This document shows positions 27,237 to 40,196 of a DNA stretch of 64,000 bases, one piece after another. The stretch covers positions 124,001 to 188,000 of the forward strand of contig NIVC01000399.1 of assembly GCA_002269645.1 (NCBI GenBank), written 5' to 3'. The notes under the pieces are model-generated. The model was not told the DNA's origin, did not search any database, and was given only the letters and a program-made list of their open reading frames with translations. The position numbers were made by a program, and so were the translations under genes. The DNA comes from Macrostomum lignano (lineage: Eukaryota). Positions within the stretch are counted from its first letter, which is position 1. Every line of letters begins with the position of its first letter.

Positions 27237-27491
27237 GGACTTGACTCCCTGAAGGTCTTGACTCCCTGAAGGACTTGACTCCCTGAAGGTCTTGACTCCC
27301 TGAAGGACTTGACTCCCTGAAGGTCTTGACTCCCTGAAGGTCTTGACTCTCTGAAGGTCTTGACTCCCTGAAGGACTTGACTCCCTGAAGGTCTTGACTC
27401 CCTGAAGGTCTTGACTCCCTGAAGGTCTTGACTCCCTGAAGGACTTGACTCCCTGAAGGTCTTGACTCCCTGAAGGTCTTGACTCCCTGAA
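27237..27491. repeat. 17-bp minisatellite
   Basis: g(a/t)cttgactccctgaag. Confidence 0.97.
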
Positions 27492-27944
27492 AGATTTGGG
27501 TTTCTATGAGGAACTCTGAGGACTTATTCTTCAGAGAAACCGCTAGTTGAAGGCTAAACGAAATAGACAGCTGCCTTCAGATGAGTAAGTGCTTCCGGCC
27601 CCGCCCTCAGCCTGGCTGAGAATGCAGGCATCGGTTGAGAAACCGATTTTGATTGCGCAACAAGCCGCGCAACCAGCTGAGCCCTGAAACAGAGTCTGAG
27701 GGGTTTAAAGATGGGATTTTTCAGTTCTCCGAATGCTGAAAACTGCCTGAATAGTGAGGAGAAACGTAACTCTGGTGGATAAGGGGAGAAAGGATAATTA
27801 TCTCAGCTCAGAGTCTGCTCGATTGGTGATGACGCAAGCGAGCAGTGTTTAGAATGGCTTGGATCAGATGTCTGAGGCTTTCATTCTAGTGCTGTTCGCA
27901 CCTTTTTTATTATTTTTCCTATTATTTTTATGATCATATTTTTC

Positions 27945-28400
27945 ATCATTTGTATGATCATTTGTAAGTTCATTGTAATCCCTTGTATGATCATTTGTAT
28001 GCTCACTTGTATGATCATTTGTATACTCACTTGTATGATCACTTGTATGATAATTTTTATGATCATTTGTATGATCATTTGTATGATCACTTGTACGATC
28101 ATTTGTATGATCACTTGTATGATCATTTGTATGATCACTTGTATGATCATTTGTATGATCACTTGTATGATCATTTGTATGATCACTTGTATGATCATTT
28201 GTATGATCACTTGTATGATCATTTGTATGATCACTTGTATGATCATTTGTATGATCATTTGTATACTCACTTGTATGATCACTTGTATGATCACTTGTAT
28301 GATCATTTGTATGATCATTTGTATGATCACTTGTATGATAACTGGAATGACCATCTTTATGATCATTTGTATGATCATTTGTATGATCAATTGTCTTGAT
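27945..28400. repeat. 12-bp minisatellite
   Basis: ttgtatgatca(t/c), with palindromic ATGATCAT core. Confidence 0.97.
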
Positions 28401-29129
28401 CATAACAAAATAATGTCAATTATTGTCAATCATTAAAAAAATGACATCAGCAAATACAAACTGAAAGGGTTTTTGAGCAGTTTGCAATTGAGAAGATGAG
28501 TTTGGTTCCCTGTTCCACTAATCTTTCAACTTAGTCATTTCTGTCCCCTGAGAGAGGACATGGAGCTGCGGTTGTAACCCAGACTGTTACATCAGCTCCT
28601 GTCGTTGCTGTTGCCTCACCAATAATCGTCTCAGCTGGCATTCCGCAGCTTTCAGGGAAAAATGTCTGTCCCCAAATGCAAAAACACTGCACTGGAAAGT
28701 ATTACGTCAGAGTCTCTCGCCCTGGTTAAGCCGGTTTTTAAGAGACTTATTCAGCGTGATGGTGGCTCCGCGTTTTGGAGTTTGATGGATGCAGCTTGAA
28801 GTGGGGATAACCTCTGTAGAGGAGTTGACCCGGTTGACCTCCGGGAGGTGAAACTATAACCGAGAACTGATCCCTCTGGGAGCTCTCCAAGAGAGGACCC
28901 CTGTGCCTTAACTTCTGAATCTGGAGTTTCTCCATCATCATCACGAAGATTCCCCGTCATCAACAAAATACGCTGTCAGTGAGTCGGTTAACCGGGTCGG
29001 TCGGTATGGACAACCGCTTAGCATTCAACAGAATATTTCTCACCGAATTTCAGAATTCCCCGTGAATTGCCATTGCGAGAAATAGCACTCCTTCTTCACA
29101 GACTCGCATCCGTGAATTTCCTATCAATA

Positions 29130-29558
29130 ATCCTTAATCCCTAATCCCTAATCCTTAATCCCTAATTCCTAACCCCTAATCCTTTATCGCTAATCCTTAA
29201 TATTCAATACCTAATCCTTAACCCCTAATCTCTAATCCCTAACCCTAAATCTTTAATCCCTAATCCCTAATCCTTAATTCATAATCCCTAATCCCTAATT
29301 CCTAATCCCTAATCCCTATTCCCTAATCCTTAACCCCTAACCCTAATACATTTTCCCTAATCCATTTTCCTTAATCCATAATCCATAATTCCTAATACCT
29401 AATCTTCCTAATCCCTAATCCCTAATTCCTAATCCTTAATCCCTAACCCTAATACATTTTCCCTAATCCATTTTCCTTAATCCATAATCCATAATCCCTA
29501 ATACCTAATCTTCTTAATCCCTAATCCCTAATTCCTAATCCTTAATCCCTAATCCCTA
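29130..29558. repeat. Degenerate telomere-like (CCCTAAT/CCCTAA)n interstitial array
   Basis: ccctaat heptamers with ccctaaccctaa segments and a ~106-bp internal duplication. Confidence 0.85.
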
Positions 29559-30716
29559 AAGCACTAAAAATGTCCAGATTGCAACTGACCACTTCTAAAC
29601 GTTGCCAAGATCAATTTATAATTCCAAGTTAATTGGCACCAATAGATGCATATCGGAGTCGGCAGGTGATGCAGGCATCAGCTATCATTAAGGCGGACAG
29701 GTCTCTTCCCAGCTGCAAATTGAATACCAGTAGGCAAGCTTCATCTGTGAGTCCTCGTGCATCCCGGGCCCATCCAGGATGAGGACCCCCATCGCTTGAT
29801 TGCATCCCAGTCTAAGGGTGGGATAACTGTTGTTAGGGTAGTGGGGCGGGGGATTTGCTGTTTAACCCACTCCCTCCACCCAGCATGGCAGAGGCTGATT
29901 AATTATTAATGAGCAGAGTGGGCCACGCTCTGAGGCCTGTGTGGGGGTGGAGTAAATATCTAGATAGATATTTTTGAAAGCTTTTTCTTCCAGCTAAGCT
30001 AAATTATATCAAGCATCCCACAAGGATTGATGAGTAAAGGTGACGCGCGCTCGCGATGAAGCTGGGGAAGGGGGGGCGATGAGGATCACTACGGGAAGCT
30101 GGACACTGAGCGGCGGTGCCTTCTGATGAGAGCTCACGCGACAATCGGAGGGAGGAACTTATTCCCGCGTGCTTGGGGGGAGATATTTAAATGAGCGCGG
30201 CGATACAATGTATCTCTGCAATTGAAGGAGAATATCATTGTTTGATGGCGATATGTATCGAAAATATAATTTGCAAATCATGAATTATCCAGTGTGAATA
30301 TTACCATTAATTCATTCAACCAATGCAAAAACACTGAGCCGATATGTATCGAAAATCAACTTTGGAAATCATGTGTTATTCTTTGTATAGTGTGAATAAA
30401 TCACTAAATCAAGACAAATTTAATTTGCCGATATGTATCGAAAAAATAGTTTATGATGGGTGAATAATCGAAAACGAATGAAAAATGGTGGCAGATAATT
30501 AGTAAATTATTGACTTTTTAATCTATTTGCAAGCCTGCAAAGAATTAACTGCTGATGGAATTTCTGCCAAAAACGTCAAGTGCCATTTTAATTCATTTAT
30601 CCTGACCTCTGACCTCTCAAATCCCAATAGATCTCGTTTAAGGATGATGAGGATATTGCATTTAGAGGATTTTCGCCATTAGGGAATTCTGTTCCACTCC
30701 CACCCGCCCATCCCTC

Positions 30717-30765
<49 letters not shown>

Positions 30766-31014
30766 TCTCTCTCTCCGTTCTATCTGTCAGTCTTGAATGA
30801 CAGGTGAAAAAGGTGACAGAAGGCACATGCCCTATTCCACAACGTTTACTACTCCGAAATAACAGGTCCAATTGTGAGACAGATCTTGATGAAGCTCTGC
30901 GGGATGCTGTGCCGGAAAACTTTGTGCTGAAATAAAGAAACTAATTTGTTAAAGTTTTGTTACGAATTATCTAGTTGTTAATTACTAACGAATAGTTAAT
31001 TTATCTAGATGTTA

Positions 31015-31480
31015 CAGATCATAAACCAGATATCAAAGATCATAAACCAGATATTAATGATCATAGACCAGATATTAAAGATCATAAACCAGATATTAAA
31101 GATCATAAACCAGATATCAAAGATCATAAACCAGATATTAAAGATCATAAACCAGATATTAAAGATCATAAACCAGATATTAATGATCATAAACCAGATA
31201 TTAAAGATCATAAACCGGATATTAAAGATCATAAACCAGATATTAAAGATCATAAACCAGATATTAAAGATCATAAACCAGATATTAAAGATCATAGACC
31301 AGATATCAAAGATCATAAACCAGATATCAAAGATCATAAACCAGATATCAAAGATCATAAACCAGATATCAAAGATCATAAACCAGATATCAAAGATCAT
31401 AAAGATCATAAACCAAATATTAAACAACATAAACCAGATATATTACAAGCCACAAACCAGACATCAATTTCATAAACCAG
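31015..31480. repeat. 21-bp minisatellite
   Basis: aaagatcataaaccagatat(t/c). Confidence 0.97.
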
Positions 31481-31938
31481 ATAAGCCAATCATTTTAGGT
31501 AACGCTCAATTTCCATCGGTCAGAGCAAAAACTGCTCAAAACTTCTCACCCACAAAAACTAAAAAAATTCGTTGAAAAATCGGCAATAATAATGTTCAAT
31601 TGAGATGCAAATTAGTTTTTTATCCAAACGTTTTAAATCGAATTTTTATGCCTGCGAAAAACATCGGCTTGAACCCGTGCGGATGGCGAAATATTCAACT
31701 TGACAGCTGGCATAGCGATGCTGTTTTTGGCGCTGTGGGATTTCAAATTGATTCAATTCGATTTAATCTTGGAGAGAAACTTTTTTTGTGTGGTCTTTTG
31801 TGCATTCATGTGTCTCCTCCCTGCATCTCTCCCTCTATATCTCTTTCCCTACACTTTTCTCTTTGCATCTCTGCATTTTGCATCTATGTCCCTGCATCTA
31901 CCGGTATTTCCCTACATCTATATCCATGCATCTCACCC

Positions 31939-32007
<69 letters not shown>

Positions 32008-32044
32008 CGATCTCCCTGCAACTATCTAATATGTCTCTACATCA

Positions 32045-32563
32045 TGTGTCCCTGTGTCCCTGCATCTATGTCCCTAAATCTATATCCCTATATCTAAACC
32101 CCTACACGTGTCCCTCCTACAATTACGTCCCTCCCTACATCTCTGTCCCTAAATCTGTGTCCCTGAATCTGTGTCCCTACATCTGTGTCCCTGAATCTGT
32201 GTCCCTACATCTGTGTCCCTGAATCTGTGTCCCTACATCTATGTCCCTAAGTCTGTGTCCCTACATCTATGTCCCTAAGTCTGTGTCCCTACATCTATGT
32301 CCCTACATCTATGTCCCTACATCTCTGTCCCTACATCTGTGTCCCTGAATCTGTGTCCCTACATCTGTGTCCCTGAATCTGTGTCCCTACATCTGTGTCC
32401 CTGAATCTGTGTCCCTACATCTATGTCCCTAAGTCTGTGTCCCTACATCTATGTCCCTAAGTCTGTGTCCCTACATCTATGTCCCTACACCTATGTCCCT
32501 AAATCTGTGTCCCTACATCTCTGTCCCTAGATCTATGTCCCTAAATCTGTGTCCCTGCATCTC
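32045..32563. repeat. 14-bp minisatellite
   Basis: ctgtgtccctacat / ctgtgtccctgaat, preceded by (CT)n at about 31943-32002. Confidence 0.95.
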
Positions 32564-33264
32564 TCTAACATTTCATACGCCACCTTGGCCACTCATCTGA
32601 ATTCTCCCAGACTCCACCCGGCAACCGCAGGCCCGAATTACCGCACTCGAGAACGCCGAGACCCCATCCGCACCCAGCGCCAACGCCAAGTAAAAAAATG
32701 ATCCAGCAGTGTAGCGACCCCCTTGTAATTAGGTTTTCCAAGCCAGCTGATGATGGAGGCTGACGCCACGGACAACTCAGACTCAAATGACCTGCTCTAG
32801 TTGCGTCTGTGTTTTTTTGTTTAAGCTCCCAGCCTAATTTTATAAGCGAGCAGAGCACACAGCGCACGCGGGGGTTTCGGCGCTTGAATAAAAATCAACA
32901 AATTCGGAAGGTTTTTTCGGCAAGGCTGCGCTCCCCAGAGAAAGTCGGAGCACTGGACCGGGCAGCTCTCGGTGGAATTCGATTATTTCAACAGCAAAAA
33001 ACACATAGCAGAACTGCTGGGGGGTTTCTGCCCCCCGAACTCTAACCCGATCCCTGCTTGACATCTGTTTGCAGTTTGCACAGCTCAATAACGATAGATC
33101 AGCCAAACCAGACTCTGGCTTGACTAGGTTTTGGTCATTTGGAAAATTTTACAGAACTGATGAACCATGATGAGCATCTGGGATCTTCTGCTGATAATTG
33201 GATTAAATTTCAAGTGACAAGTTTGTTGTGTGCTGTCCTCAGTTGAACTCGACATGAGACTGTA

Positions 33265-34003
33265 CTAACACACTGATTCTGTGGTTCATGACCCCATACT
33301 GACACACTGATTCTGTGGGTTATGACCTCATACTGACACACTGATTCTGTGGTTCATGACCCCATACTGACACACTGATTCAGTGGGTCATGACCTCATA
33401 CTGACACACTGATTCAGTGGGTCATGACCCCATACTGACACACTGATTCTGTGGGTCATGACCCCATACTGACACACTGATTCTGTGGGTCATGACCCCT
33501 TACTGACACACTGATTCAGTGGGTCATGACCCCATACTGACACACTGATTCAGTGGGTCATGACCCCATACTGACACACTGATTCAGTGGGTCATGACCT
33601 CATACTGACACACTGATTCAGTGGGTCATGATGACCCCATACTGACACACTAATTCAGTGGGTTATGACCCCATACTAACACACTGATTCAGTAGGTCAT
33701 GACCCCATACTGACACACTGATTTAGTAGGTCATGACCCCATACTGACACACTGATTCAGTAGGTCATGACCCCATACTGACACACTGATTCAGTAGGTC
33801 ATGACCTCATACTGACACACTGATTCAGTAGGTCATGACCCCATACTGACACACTGATTCAGTAGGTCATGACCCCATACTGACACACTGATTCAGTAGG
33901 TCATGACCTCATACTGACACACTGATTCAGTGGGTCATGACCCCATACTGACACACTGATTCAGTAAGGTCATGACCTCATACTGACACACTGATTCAGT
34001 AGG
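33265..34003. repeat. 34-bp double-palindrome minisatellite (~21 units)
   Basis: atactgacacactgattcagtgggtcatgacccc = CACTGA-T-TCAGTG + RGGTCATGACCY. Confidence 0.98.
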
Positions 34004-34299
34004 CTATTGTCCAAGGTCAGATTCCAGGGCAGTCAGAGTGTTAACTGCGCAATATAACGTATGTCTTCTGGAAAGAATTTTCCGAAAGCTTCTGCGGTCA
34101 AAATTTAATTAAAGACTAGAAGTACTCGATTCAAGTTTGAGTCGGGTAATCCCAGCTAATTCTGAGTGTGGATTATTGAAATCGAGCTCAGAATTCTTCA
34201 ATATTGATATTGAATCTGCACCGCTGCGGTTTCTTGGTGGGAAAAATGAGAAATAAATTGAGAGGGGAAAAATGAGGGGGTTTCTCTCACAAAGGGTGA

Positions 34300-34530
34300 G
34301 AGAAAAGAGTAGAGGGAGAAGAGAGGGGAGAGAGGAGAGGGGAGAAGGGGGGAGTAAGTGAGGGGAGAAGGGAGAGAGGGGAGAAGGGAGAGAGGGGAGA
34401 AGGGAGAGAGGGGAGAAGGGAGAGAGGGGAGTAAGTGAGGGGAGAAGGGAGAGAGGGGAGAAGGGAAAGGGGAGAAGGGAGAAAGGGGAGAAGGGAGAGA
34501 GGCGAGAGTAGAGAGAAGAAATAAGGAAGG
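34300..34530. repeat. 17-bp polypurine minisatellite
   Basis: ggggagaagggagagag. Confidence 0.93.
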
Positions 34531-35064
34531 AGAGCAGAGATGAGGCAGAGTGAGTCAGTAGTGTCACGGTTAAAGATGGCTTCAGCCAAAAGTTCATCAC
34601 AGATCTGCCCCGCCCTATCAAGCAATGTGCCCCCACCAAATCCCGGAGTTTTTATAGAAATTGCAGTTTTATAGACTTCTCTCAGATACAATTCTCAGTT
34701 TTAACATCTATGACCATAATGAATTAATAAAAGCACATTCTTACAGCTCTTGCAGTCGCTCCTCATATGGGAGACCCACTGTGTAGATGTGCCGGTGTGA
34801 ATAAGTGTGTGGAATAATAGCCAAGTGTGCCAGGTGTGACAGGCGGAGACCTGCTAGGGGAGCCAACTGAAGCTGCAGAGAAGTGAGAGCTTGTTCTGGA
34901 CGAGCTGAATACACACTTTGTCAATAATAGATATTGATGGGAGAGTAAAGTGCAGGTGAAAATCGCCAGACAAGACAACGGGAATTGGTAATTAGTCTGT
35001 GAGTATGCATACACATCCCATCTGCAGAGTGCATGCTTAAATCTCCTGTGGCTGCCGAATCTCC

Positions 35065-35980
35065 CCTCTGCCTTCTCCCCTTCCCTTCTCCCTTCTATCC
35101 ATTCTCCCTTCTCTTTATTCTTCCTTCTCTCCATTCTCCCTTCTCTCCATTCTCCCTTCTCTCCATTCTCCCTTCTCTCCATTCTCCCTTCTCTCCATTC
35201 TCTCCATTCTCCCTTCTCTTTATTCTCCCTTCTCTCCATTCTCCCTTCTCCCCATTCTCCCTTCTCTCCATTCTCCCTTCTCCCCATTCTCCCTTCTCTC
35301 CATTCTCCCTTCTCTCCATTCTCCCTTCTCTTTATTCTCCCTTCTCTCCATTCTCCCTTCTCCCCATTCTCCCTTCTCTCCATTCTCCCTTCTCCCCATT
35401 CTCCCTTCTCTCCATTCTCCCTTCTCTCCACTCTCCCTTCTCTCCATTCTCCCTTCTCTCCACTCTCCCTTCTCTCCACTCTCCCTTCTCTCCATTCTCC
35501 CTTCTCTCCACTCTCCCTTCTCTCCACTCTCCCTTCTCTCCACTCTCCCTTCTCTCCATTCTCCCTTCTCTCCACTCTCCCTTCTCTCCATTCTCCCTTC
35601 TCCCCATTCTCCCTTCTCTCCATTCTCCCTTCTCTCCACTCTCCCTTCTCTCCACTCTCCCTTCTCTCCATTCTCCCTTCTCTCCATTCTCCCTTCTCTC
35701 CACTCTCCCTTCTCTCCACTCTCCCTTCTCTCCATTCTCCCTTCTCCCCATTCTCCCTTCTCTCCATTCTCCCTTCTCTCCACTCTCCCTTCTCTCCACT
35801 CTCCCTTCTCTCCATTCTCCCTTCTCTCCACTCTCCCTTCTCTCCACTCTCCCTTCTCTCCACTCTCCCTTCTCTCCATTCTCCCTTCTCTCTATTCTCC
35901 CTTCTCTCCATTCTCCCTTCTCTCCACTCTCCCTTCTCTCCATTCTCCCTTCTCTCCACTCTCCCTTCTCTCCATTCTCT
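35065..35980. repeat. 16-bp polypyrimidine minisatellite
   Basis: ctcccttctctcca(t/c)t; source of the ERRENGEKGEWREGR ORFs. Confidence 0.98.
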
Positions 35981-36607
35981 ACTGAATGAAATAACAGCCA
36001 ATTTACCCGCATTGAATTTAACAATTTCCTAAAATTATAAGTACTATATTTACACATGTATATAGAGACTTCTACCTCCACACTACAAGCTTCAAACCCA
36101 ATTCATTTCCACACAGAGAGAGAGAGAGACAAGATAAACTTTTATTGAAGACTCATTCAGTCATAAGTTTACCTGCAGGCAACTGAATTAAGTGTTTAAT
36201 CAACTGTCCACCAACACACAGAAAAGTCCAGCGACTATGTAGCTGGTGGGAAAAATTATTCTATTATCAATTTTTGTAGCTTCGGATTTGAAATTATTTC
36301 AGGGAACTCTGTTTAATAAGCCACTACTGTTTTTCAACGAGACAAATTTACTATGATTTATTAGATTCTGTAACATACTGACAGCAAAGAAAAATTATGA
36401 ATTATGAGTTTCAGGTATTTCACAAATCCGACCTGCGAGTGACAGCTAAGCATAGGTGCACGATTAGTTTAGAAGCTAAGCCGATTTGCGACTCGGTCAC
36501 CTGGTGCTGAGCATTCACCGTTTTGGCCAGCAAAATCCACTTTGAGGCTGCGATCATTTTAGAAATACTCTTGCGAAGCTAAGCTGCCACGACTGAATCT
36601 GCCTCAT

Positions 36608-37470
36608 CTATATCCCTGCTCTCCTTCCTCTCCCATCTCCCTCTCTCTCTCTGCCATCTCCCTCTCTCCTTCTCCATCTTCCTCTCCCTCTCTCCCTCTC
36701 CTTCACTCCCTCTTCCTCTCTCCCTCTTCCTCTCTCCCTCTTCCTCTCTCCCTCTCCTTCACTCCCTCTTCCTCTCTCCCTCTCCTTCACTCCCTCTTCC
36801 TCTCTCCCTCTCCTTCACTCCCTCTTCCTCTCTCCCTCTCCTTCACTCCCTCTTCCTCTCTCCCTCTCCTTCCTCTCCCCTCTTCCTCTCCCTCTCTCCC
36901 TCTCCTTCACTCCCTCTTCCTCTCTCCCTCTCCTTCCTCTCCCCTCTTCCTCTCCCTCTCTCCCTCTCCTTCACTCCCTCTTCCTCTCTCCCTCTCCTTC
37001 CTCTCCCATCTCCCTTTCTCCTCTCTCCCTTTCCTTCACTCCCTCTTCCTCTCTCCGTCTTCTTCCTCTCCCATCTCCCTCTCTCCTCTCTGCCATCTCC
37101 CTCTCCCTCTTCCTCTCCCTCTCTCCCTCTCCTTCACTCCCTCTCCCTATATCCCTCTCCTTCACTCCCTCTCCCTATATCCCTCTCCTTCACTCCCTCT
37201 CCCTATATCCCTCTCCTTCACTCCCTCTCCCTATATCCCTCTCCTTCACTCCCTCTTCCTCTCTCCTTCTCCCTCTCTCCCTCTCTCCCCCTCTCTCCCT
37301 CTCTTTCTCTCTCCTTCTCCCTCTGTCTCCCTTCTCCCTCTCCCTCGTTCCCTCCCCCTCTCTCCCTCTCTTTCTCTCTCCTTCTCCCTCTCTCTCCCTT
37401 CTCCCTCTCCCTCGTTCCCTCTCCCTCTCTCCCCCCTCCCTCTCTCCCCTCTCTCCTTTTCTGTCTTTTC
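36608..37470. repeat. Degenerate CT-rich low-complexity array
   Basis: ctccctctccttcactccctcttcctct variants. Confidence 0.93.
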
Positions 37471-37533
37471 TCCTTCTCAAAATAAATAATCTGAGCAGAG
37501 AAATAACATTTAAAAGAAACTTTTTAAAATCAT

Positions 37534-38325
37534 TTAGACTGGGCACTCCAATCATTCAGTCTGGGCACTCCAATCATTTAGACTGGGCACTCCAATCATT
37601 TAGACTGCACACTCCAGTCATTCAGTCTGGGCACTCCAGTCATTTAGACTGGACACTCCAGTCATTTAGACTGGACACTCCAGTCATTTAGACTGGACAC
37701 TCCAGTCATTTAGACTGGACACTCCAGTCATTTAGACTGCACACTCCAGTCATTCAGTCTGGGCACTCCAGTCATTTAGACTGGACACTCCAATCATTTA
37801 GACTGGGCACTCCAATCATTTAGACTGGGCACTCCAATCATTTAGACTGGGCACTCCAATCATTTAGACTGGACACTCCAATCATTTAGACTGGACACTC
37901 CAGTCATTTAGACTGGACACTCCAGTCATTCAGTCTGGGCACTCCAGTCATTTAGACTGGACACTCCAGTCATTTAGACTGGACACTCCAATCATTTAGA
38001 CTGGGCACTCCAGTCATTTAGACTGCACACTCCAGTCATTCAGTCTGGGCACTCCAGTCATTTAGACTGGACACTCCAGTCATTTAGACTGGACACTCCA
38101 GTCATTTAGACTAGGCACTTTAGTCATTTAGACTGGGCACTCCAATCATTCAGTCTGGGCACTCCAATCATTTAGACTGGGCACTCCAATCATTTAGACT
38201 GGACACTCCAATCATTTAGACTGGGCACTCCATTCATTTAGACTGCACACTCCAGTCATTCAGTCTGGGCACTCCAGTCATTTAGACTGGACACTCCAGT
38301 CATTTAGACTGGGCACTCCAGTCAT
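37534..38325. repeat. 22-bp hairpin minisatellite
   Basis: agactggacactccagtcattt; GACTGGA-CAC-TCCAGTC inverted repeat. Confidence 0.98.
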
Positions 38326-38929
38326 GTAGCCGTAAGAAGCAATCTAGTAGCAGGATCCCAGATAAAATCTACAAGCCTTGCATGCAAATTTTCACCAATT
38401 AATCCCATCCAGACATCAGTTCCACTTGCAAGTTAGCGTTTTGACCCGCTAGCAATAAGGGATCAACTGATTACCAATATTGCCCAAAGCACACTATGCT
38501 TACACATCGTGGTTACACGCTACAGATCGTAGACGTACTGCAGTAAGAAATCTATTGACAAAAAGCATCGATCTGAATCCGTAAGTTCAACTGTAGCACA
38601 AGAGTTTCTAGCAATATAATTCAACTAGTATTAAATTGACTATTTCTCTCTCCCCCCTGCCTTCACGAGCATCGCAAATTTGGCCATTGCGCAACCAGTT
38701 GGATTTTATTCACTCTTTCAGAGTGTCGGAGTTGCTTCATTTATTAATTTATGCTCTGCTCTCTGCTCAAGGAATTGTTTGCATTAATTATAACCGCCCT
38801 TAACTACACAAGCACTGCGACTTATATGCTTAACCCAATGCTGTAATCCCAACTCTCAACTGAATCTTAGCATACGCATAACTAATATTCTTGTCAATCT
38901 TGGCCCCGTCTCATCTCAGCTTTGTCTTG

Positions 38930-39300
38930 TATCACTCGTTTCTAACCTCTAGTGTCTAATCTCACTCGTTTCTAACCTCTAGTGTCTAATCTCACTTGTG
39001 TCTAATCTCTCTAGGGTCTAATCTCACTTGTGTCTAATCTCTCCAGTGTCTAATCTCACTTGTGTGTGTCTAATCTCTCCAGTGTCTAATCTCACTCATT
39101 TCAAATCTCACCAGTGTCTAATCTCAGTTTGCTCTCATCTCACCTGTGTCTCATCTCTCCAGTATCTAATCTCACTTGTGCATAATCTCTCCAGTGTCTA
39201 ATCTCACTTCTGTCTAATCTCTCTAGGGTCTAATTTCACTTTTGCCTAATCTCTACAGTGTCTAATCTCAGTAGTGCCTATTCTCAATCGTGTCTAATCT
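38930..39300. repeat. 16/32-bp degenerate minisatellite
   Basis: tctaatctcacttgtg / tctaatctctccagtg. Confidence 0.88.
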
Positions 39301-39799
39301 GACCAGTGTATAATATACAATCTTATCCGTATCTTATCTCGACTATGCCTAATCTCAATCCTATTTTTATAATCTCAGCCCTGCAACTTTTATCTTGGCA
39401 ATATTAAAAAAGGCGATATCATCTCCATTGAGCCGTAGTTGCAAATTTGGCAATTCGGCAGTAGTTTGAGATCAATATTCTGCTATCTTCTAAACAGTCT
39501 ACTGCAAGTAGGAATAGCGAAATATGTAGTAGAATGTGCCGATAAAAAGGAAAAAATGCAAAGATTTTTCCAAAAACGGTTTTCCTCGACAAAAACGGAT
39601 TTGCAATGTGCGTATAGGCATCAAGCTGTACTATATTCTCGTTTCAGACTAAATTAAAAGCATTACAAATGCCAGCAATCGCATTTAAAAGCTTTAACGA
39701 AACATTATTGAGTTTTCATTACGAAATAATAATTGCGTTAAACAACCTTGTCAGTCAAAAGGAACTAAGGAACAGAAAACGAAACTATAGGGATGTGTT

Positions 39800-40075
39800 T
39801 ATGGGATTTAGGAATGGGAAAATAGAACTAAGGAATGGGATAATGGTGTTTAGGAATGGGATAATGGTATCTAGGAATGGGATAATGGGATTTGAGAATG
39901 GGATAATGGGATTTGGGAATGGGATAATGGGATTTGGGAATGGGATAATGGTATTTAGGAATGGGATAATGAGATATGGGAATGGGATGATGGGATTCGG
40001 GAATGGGATAATGAGATTTGGGAATGGGATAATGGTATTTAGGAATGGGATAATGTGACTTGAGAATGGGATTCA
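39800..40075. repeat. 21-bp G-tract minisatellite just downstream of the POP1 stop
   Basis: gggaatgggataatgggattt. Confidence 0.95.
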
Positions 40076-40196
40076 AACGATGGGATAGTGGGATTTAGAA
40101 AAGGGATACTTAGGGAAGTTTATGATACAATGAGTTAGTAATAGATTAAAGATTGCCTAAATGAAATTCAATTTTGCAGATCGAATCCTCAAACGA

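Noticed and set aside
28751-28976. Minus-strand ORF RILLMTGNLRDDDGETPDSEVK.. after a CAG acceptor
   Set aside because: No recognisable homology or partner exons; cannot be supported without RNA data.
30121-30170. CTGATGA hammerhead-ribozyme-like core (also 57663)
   Set aside because: No properly placed stem II/GAAA or flanking helices.
34763-36081. 412-aa Glu/Arg/Gly-rich ORF and overlapping ORFs
   Set aside because: Products of a stop-free 16-bp polypyrimidine repeat; open in several frames on both strands.
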